From positions 992,001 to 1,056,000 of the forward strand of contig CAVYJM010000006.1 in the NCBI GenBank assembly GCA_963768855.1: DNA of 64,000 nt, read 5' to 3'. The stretch comes from an uncultured Thermoplasmata archaeon. GTDB lineage: Archaea > Thermoplasmatota > Thermoplasmata > RBG-16-68-12. Each line of letters begins with the position of its first letter. The first letter of the stretch is position 1. Shown piece by piece: positions 58,871 to 64,000 of the stretch. The notes beneath the pieces were generated by a model. It searched no databases and had not been told where the DNA came from. It was given only the letters and a program-made list of their open reading frames with translations. The translations under genes were made by a program, and so were the position numbers.

Positions 58871-59785
58871 TTAGGCGCCGCCTCGCTTCTTCGCTCGCTT
58901 CTCCTTTTCCTTGGGCCACCCCTCGACAGCCCGGGCCGTCGCGAGGGTGTCCTTCTGCGTGCGGTAGACCGCTATGTCGATCATCTGCCCTCTAAGGGGA
59001 ACCGAAGCTTCCCCTCTTTCTATCCCCTCCTCGAAAATCTTGACGACTTCCTTGGCGTAAGCGATTTGAGCTTGAGTCGGTGCGTATATCTCATGCGCGG
59101 GTTCGACCTGTGATGGATGTATCAACATCCTTCCCTCAAAGCCAAGCTGCCGCCCCGTCCGCGAATCCCTGGCAAATCCTTCTTCGTCTCTGAAAGCAGG
59201 ATAAGGTGGGTCTATCGCTATGCATCCGGCGGCCCTGGCAGCTATGGCAGTCCAAGAACGGGCGACCAAGATTTCGCCGCCCTCCTTGGTGAGTGTGACA
59301 CGCATGTCGCGGGTGTAGTCCACGGCTCCGAACACGAGCGAATTGACTCGTTTGCTGCCGAGAGCTGACTCGTATGCGTTGACAACCCCCTTAGCTGTTT
59401 CAATCAGACACTGGATGGCAATGCTGCCTGGCTCCAGACCGTGTGCTTCTTCCAGCTTTGCCAGCCTGTCGTCGAGCTTTGCGGTGTCGTCCTTCGACTC
59501 CGTCTTGGAGAGAACGACGCCATCGAGCCCATCTTGGACTGTGGCTTCGAGATCGGTATCTGTCAGACCAGTCCTCCAGTCATTAACCCTGGCGTAGACG
59601 TAGGCCCCACTCTTCGCCAGGTTCGGAATCGAGTCGTGGACTAGGAACCTCGCTGTCTCCTTCTCGTTAGGCGGTACCGAGTCCTCCAGATCAAGGACGA
59701 ACACATCTGCGGACAGTGTCGGCAGCTTCTCGATCATCCTAAGGTTGTTGCCCGGTGTGTACAAAACTGATCTCATGACGACCAA
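58871..59785 (-). CDS. CitE/HpcH-family CoA-ester lyase
   Basis: RSVLYTPG, DLEDSV, YARVN, LIET, GAVDY, IHPSQ, MID; GGTGA SD before TTG 59785. Confidence 0.92.
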   Translation of the reverse strand: MVVMRSVLYTPGNNLRMIEKLPTLSADVFVLDLEDSVPPNEKETARFLVHDSIPNLAKSGAYVYARVNDWRTGLTDTDLEATVQDGLDGVVLSKTESKDDTAKLDDRLAKLEEAHGLEPGSIAIQCLIETAKGVVNAYESALGSKRVNSLVFGAVDYTRDMRVTLTKEGGEILVARSWTAIAARAAGCIAIDPPYPAFRDEEGFARDSRTGRQLGFEGRMLIHPSQVEPAHEIYAPTQAQIAYAKEVVKIFEEGIERGEASVPLRGQMIDIAVYRTQKDTLATARAVEGWPKEKEKRAKKRGGA

Positions 59786-59819
59786 GCTGTCTCACCTTTC
59801 CCGAAAGCGAGCTCCCGGC

Positions 59820-60734
59820 CTAATATGTTTGTTGCCTCGACTCGCTCAGGATCTCCGCGACCCTTGTAGGAATCTCAGCTGGCTTCTCGACGACGTAGGC
59901 TCCTGCGTCTTTGAGGGCTTCTATCTTGCTCTTGGCCGATCCCTTTCCGTGCTCTACAATGCTGCTGGCGTGCGAGAAGCGCATCCCTTCAGGGGCCCAG
60001 GCTCCCGCAATATATGCTACCAGTGGCTTCGTGAAGTGACCCTTCTTTATCTCCTCGGCGGCTTCTTCTTCGGTAGTTCCTCCGAGTTCGCCGAACATTG
60101 CCACGGCCTTTGTCTGTTCGTCAGCCTCAAAGAGAGGGAGTAGGTCCCCAAAGGACGTGCCTATGATTGGCTCTGTCCCCTCATGGACGAGCGTGCTGCA
60201 GCCATAACCTGCGCGCTTGATGATCCACGGCAAGGTACCGGACTGCCCTCCACTTCGGGACAGAATCCCAATTGGGCCTGGCTGGAAAACCTGAGCTGCC
60301 CTCTCAACCGAGCTTCCAACCCAACCCAGCACAGCCTTCCCAGGAGTCATCACCCCAATGGTCCCCGGTCCTACGATCCGAGCTCCTCTCCGTTTTGCAG
60401 TCGCCACCATCAACATTATGTCGTGCAGCGGAACGCGCTCGACCGGCGATACGATTAACTTTATCCCTGCGTCTATCGCCTCGAGCACCGCGTCTTTCAA
60501 GAGTGGTCCGGGGACGAACGTGACGGTTGCCTCGACGGGCCCGTACTTCCCAACAGCCTCTTGCACCGTATCACAGACCGGGACGCCGGCAGCCACCGTT
60601 CCTCCTCGACCAGGTGTGACACCCGCTAGGATCTTCGTGCCGTATTCTCTCATATACCTCGTATAGGTCTCGCCGGCCCGTCCAGTAACCCCTTGGACTA
60701 TGGCCGTGGTTCTCTCATCAATGAGGATCCCCAC
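59820..60734 (-). CDS. Acyl-CoA synthetase (NDP-forming) alpha subunit, SucD/CcsB-like
   Basis: VQGVTG, GVTPG, VGPGTIG, SRSGG, FSHAS phospho-His. Confidence 0.92.
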   Translation of the reverse strand: MGILIDERTTAIVQGVTGRAGETYTRYMREYGTKILAGVTPGRGGTVAAGVPVCDTVQEAVGKYGPVEATVTFVPGPLLKDAVLEAIDAGIKLIVSPVERVPLHDIMLMVATAKRRGARIVGPGTIGVMTPGKAVLGWVGSSVERAAQVFQPGPIGILSRSGGQSGTLPWIIKRAGYGCSTLVHEGTEPIIGTSFGDLLPLFEADEQTKAVAMFGELGGTTEEEAAEEIKKGHFTKPLVAYIAGAWAPEGMRFSHASSIVEHGKGSAKSKIEALKDAGAYVVEKPAEIPTRVAEILSESRQQTY

Positions 60735-60737
60735 ACT

Positions 60738-61031
60738 TCATCCCCTGACATTGGACAGCGACTCCCTGTACTTGCTCAATTCCGGCATCGGAACAACTAT
60801 CCTGATGGCGCTTAACCCTCGGAGCCGGCACTCATATTCACATGCGAGGCACTCTGTTCCCTGCCTTTCTGTCTCTCCCGAGGACACCACGACCGTGGGC
60901 TTTCCCGCTTGGAGCCTCAGGATACCGCGACTGTAGCGACTACAGGCCTTGATGCATGCCTTTGTTCGGCAGTCTGTGCATCTGGTGTCGTCGATGAATA
61001 TAGTTATCGTTCTTTCATTGAATGCTGTCAT
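60738..61031 (-). CDS. Ferredoxin-like Fe-S protein
   Basis: CTDCRTKACIKAC and ECLACEYEC (7 Cys); ATGA overlap with the beta gene. Confidence 0.8.
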   Translation of the reverse strand: MTAFNERTITIFIDDTRCTDCRTKACIKACSRYSRGILRLQAGKPTVVVSSGETERQGTECLACEYECRLRGLSAIRIVVPMPELSKYRESLSNVRG

Positions 61032-62290
61032 GCGCGCAACCCCCTCTGCTTTCTGTACTCATCCACGAGTGCTCGCATCCTGTCGGCAATGAAGTCAGGG
61101 TTGAAGACGTAGTCGCTTCCGTAGATTTCAAGGCGTATAGGCAGGCCCGCAAGACCCTCTTGCAGAATGGAGTGAGACTCCTTCTCCCGGTTTCCACAAA
61201 TCAGAAGTACCACCGGGAAGCCGGTTTTGTCGATGAGGTCCTCCCTGAACGCCTTCACAAGCGCATGGGCGTGGTGCCACTGCTCTTGGTTGGCCACGAT
61301 GAAACCTCCTAGCAGATATCCCTCGATTCCAGGTTGTGCAAGAATCGTTTTGGCCAAACGGTACACCTTGGACGCAGTGGGGTCACCGCTTGAGTCGGAG
61401 TAGTTGGCGATCCTCAGCCCTCTTCTGTTCAGGGCGTCGACGCCGAGGATGGCTCCGCCGCCGCCGATACCGTGGTAGCCAACATACCCCGGCTCCTCAA
61501 TTTTGGAGACCATTTGTGAGAAATATGCATTGCCCCTGTAGTCACCCTCCTCTATCATCCAGGCGGCCACTTCCAAGGGAGTTGGCTCTCTCTGGAATTC
61601 CCTGGCTACTCGTATCCCGAGTTCTGGATGGCGGAATATGGCTGAATCATCAACGACAACACGACAGTCTGCCGCGACTATGTTCCCATCCGTCGTAAAG
61701 ACCAACGGATTTACCTCCGCCGACCGAGCCTCGTACTTTATGAAGAGTTCGTAGATTCCGCAGACAACGACACTTAAGGGGGCCAGAAGATGTCTCGGAG
61801 CTCCTGCGCTTGAAACGAGTTCGATGGCTTCGGATGACGTAACGCCACGGGGGAAGTCAACGATCAGGCGGGCTACTCTCTCAGGCGACTCCTTTGCGAC
61901 CTCCTCAATGTCGACCCCTCCCCGAGTACTGAACATGATCACTGGACCTCTTATCGCTCGAGAAGTGTCGACGATAACCCCAACGTAGAACTCCGTGTCT
62001 ATGTCAAGCCTCTCCTCGACCAGTACCCTTTCCACCCTTACCCCTTTGATTTCAGCGCCTAGAAGCTCCTTTGAAACCGCCTCCGCCTCGTCGGGGCTGT
62101 TTGCAGGCTTGATTCCACCGGCTTTGAAGCGACCGGTTGCCCAGATCTGCGCCTTGATCATCACCGGTTTCCCAATCTCGGTGGCGATGCTTTTCGCTTC
62201 GGCGGATGTGGAGGCGACCTTGCCGGACGGCACGGGAATCTTGACGTCGCGCAGCAACTGCTTTCCCTGGTACTCATGCAATCTTACCAT
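61028..62290 (-). CDS. ATP-grasp acyl-CoA synthetase beta subunit, citryl-CoA-synthetase/ACL-like
   Basis: LHEYQGK, IKAQI..TGRFKAGG, EVNPL; substrate domain GGGGA...ANYSDSSGDP instead of SucC NGAG...NFLDVGG. Confidence 0.9.
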   Translation of the reverse strand: MVRLHEYQGKQLLRDVKIPVPSGKVASTSAEAKSIATEIGKPVMIKAQIWATGRFKAGGIKPANSPDEAEAVSKELLGAEIKGVRVERVLVEERLDIDTEFYVGVIVDTSRAIRGPVIMFSTRGGVDIEEVAKESPERVARLIVDFPRGVTSSEAIELVSSAGAPRHLLAPLSVVVCGIYELFIKYEARSAEVNPLVFTTDGNIVAADCRVVVDDSAIFRHPELGIRVAREFQREPTPLEVAAWMIEEGDYRGNAYFSQMVSKIEEPGYVGYHGIGGGGAILGVDALNRRGLRIANYSDSSGDPTASKVYRLAKTILAQPGIEGYLLGGFIVANQEQWHHAHALVKAFREDLIDKTGFPVVLLICGNREKESHSILQEGLAGLPIRLEIYGSDYVFNPDFIADRMRALVDEYRKQRGLRA

Positions 62291-62947
62291 GCTGCTGCTC
62301 AGACTCCGTAATGCACGTCCTTGAGATTAAAGGATTCTTTCGGTTGCTCACACCGCCTGTCGAGGTTTCGCTCCCATGGCCGAGTCTCGGAGTTGCAGAC
62401 CCATCACGTGGCACTGCCAGAAGTGCTATCCGATCTGCCAAAGTTACCGGGTTCACGGTGGCGCCGCGTCCGAGGCATCTTACTGCGATGGGCGAAATCA
62501 TGTTGGACGGAGCCAACCGCCATACATTTCCAATCGATTCACCGATGGCGATTAGTGATTGGTCCCGGCACGGCAATGATCACAGGATTGAATCCGCTTA
62601 CAGGCGTTCCGCTCATGATGTCTCTTATGAGATTATTGTCACTTGGCCACGGGTTGCGGGCTTGTAGGTGGAAGGTGCCCGCTGAATTCCCATAAATACC
62701 ACACCGGATCGGGACTATCATCCCGCGACCCGGCAAAGGTTGAAGATCTCTTCTCGAAACTGTGTCTTCAGACTTCGGGGTAACGCAACCACTCCGCAGC
62801 AGGCCCAGCTATCTGCAGCAGACGGCTAGGCAACAATCTGCAAGACTGCGGCGAGCCTCGTTGTTGGCGGTGCAGAACATATCCAAAACGGCGGCTGGGA
62901 ACGTTCAAATAATAGGATCCAAATACACGCAGTCGGGGGTCAATTCC

Positions 62948-63958
62948 TTGGCCGATCTTGTTCTAGGGAGGACGAAGGCGAAACAGGGGACGAAAGCTCA
63001 CGGCACTCTCAAAGTAGCTGAACATCCCGATGGGTCTCCTGAACAAATCCCTTTCGTCCTCGTGAATGGCTCAGGCGACGGACCCTCGCTATGGATCGCA
63101 GGCTGTGAACACGGGGACGAGTATCTTGCTGCTGCCACGATTATAGAGTTCATTGCCCAGCTCGACCCCGAGAAGGTGAAAGGCCAGGTCGTTGCATTCC
63201 CCGTACTTGACAGCACCGCCTTCAATATCAAGGAGCGGTTTAGCCCGATTGATCACTATGACTTTAGCCGGGCGTATCCAGGTTTCAGGAACGGGTGGTT
63301 GGCCCAACAGATCGCTTTTCAGTTTATTGAACTCGCTTCAAAGAGAGCGGACTACGCCCTTGATATGCACAATGGTATTCACGGGGTCGTGGAGGTAAGC
63401 CCATATTGTGTCGTCAATTACGAGACCGAAGAGCAGTGGAAGTCGATGTATCAAGGATTCGTCGAGTCCTTCTTGACCGAGAAGATTGTGCATTGGTTTG
63501 GGACGTCTACTGAGCGCGGTGCTCGCACTTCGATGATGAATAACGCCCTCATGCACAAAGGGATTCCTTGCTATGTCCCGGAGATCGGGCCGGATCTGAA
63601 GACTGGAATGCCTCATGGCATCCGGGGTTTGCAGAACACCATGAAGTACCTGGAAATGCTCGATGGGCGGCCAGAAAAGCTCGAGAAGTATAGAAACTTC
63701 CCGGACGTCCTCCACGTGTTCCCAACACGGGGTGGAGTCTTCAAGTCTTACGTTGAACTCAATGAAGAGGTCAAAGAAGGACAGAAGCTGGCGTCTATCC
63801 GTAGTTTTTACGGCGAGATTACCGAAGAGCTCGTGGCACCAGCCGCAGGAGTCATCGTGGCGAGATGGCTAATCCCGGTGATCGGTACAGGCGATTTCAG
63901 CGCTTTCCAGTTAGCGCCATTCAAGCCCTTTGACCGACCGTGGCCTGGTGAGCGCTGA
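62948..63958 (+). CDS. AstE/AspA-family deacylase 2, paralog of 55947-56972
   Basis: CEHGDE, LDMH, PEIG, shared PWPGER end. TTG 62948 chosen from the GGGGGT SD and alignment to the paralog. Confidence 0.88.
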   Translation: MADLVLGRTKAKQGTKAHGTLKVAEHPDGSPEQIPFVLVNGSGDGPSLWIAGCEHGDEYLAAATIIEFIAQLDPEKVKGQVVAFPVLDSTAFNIKERFSPIDHYDFSRAYPGFRNGWLAQQIAFQFIELASKRADYALDMHNGIHGVVEVSPYCVVNYETEEQWKSMYQGFVESFLTEKIVHWFGTSTERGARTSMMNNALMHKGIPCYVPEIGPDLKTGMPHGIRGLQNTMKYLEMLDGRPEKLEKYRNFPDVLHVFPTRGGVFKSYVELNEEVKEGQKLASIRSFYGEITEELVAPAAGVIVARWLIPVIGTGDFSAFQLAPFKPFDRPWPGER

Positions 63959-64000
63959 CTGGTGACAACGAGCGCTCCCCACCATGGCCTTCGGAGTGCC

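Larger units (their letters stand above)
49471..64000. mobile_element. tRNA-Asn-anchored genomic island; right end not seen
   Basis: Integrase directly 3' of the tRNA, orphan ORFs, pseudogenes, visibly more A/T-rich DNA and different codon use to the window end. Confidence 0.75.

Noticed and set aside
58656-58919. 87-aa minus-strand ORF overlapping the CitE 3' end
   Set aside because: No recognisable motif or SD; treated as intergenic or remnant.
59820-62290. Calling these genes ordinary sucCD
   Set aside because: The beta subunit lacks the SucC NGAG and NFLDVGG motifs, a ferredoxin gene is inserted, and the composition is island-like. Symbols withheld.
62762-62947. N-terminal extension of deacylase 2
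   Set aside because: No counterpart in the paralog; an SD supports TTG 62948.

Overview
Archaeal chromosome segment, GC-rich. TFB, thermosome, proteasome beta, aCPSF1, aTrm56, pyrBI and CCA-less tRNAs make it archaeal; a Thermoplasmata-like lineage is inferred only. Positions 1-49.4 kb are core genome: an acyl-CoA dehydrogenase, sdhACDB, two Cys-less thiolase-fold genes with two DUF35 genes, a Rab-like GTPase, a B12 acyl-CoA mutase module with isobutyryl-CoA-mutase-type residues plus MeaB, tRNA-Arg(CCT), PPIase, TFB, PepN, tdh-kbl, psmB-aCPSF1, thermosome, thioredoxin, pyrBI, ABC exporter and several unannotated micro-ORFs. From tRNA-Asn(GTT) at 49397 to the window end the DNA is visibly more A/T-rich and looks like a genomic island. 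It holds a tyrosine integrase, a hairpin-rich non-coding stretch, small orphan ORFs and a scrambled Dpp/Opp transporter remnant. It also carries catabolic cargo: DUF917, an SDR, two paralogous AstE/AspA-family deacylases, an amidohydrolase, and an operon of citryl-CoA-synthetase-like ligase, ferredoxin and CitE-family lyase. That cargo is the best candidate for an undescribed system. All family calls come from motif recognition by eye; no database searches were run, and start codons are best estimates.
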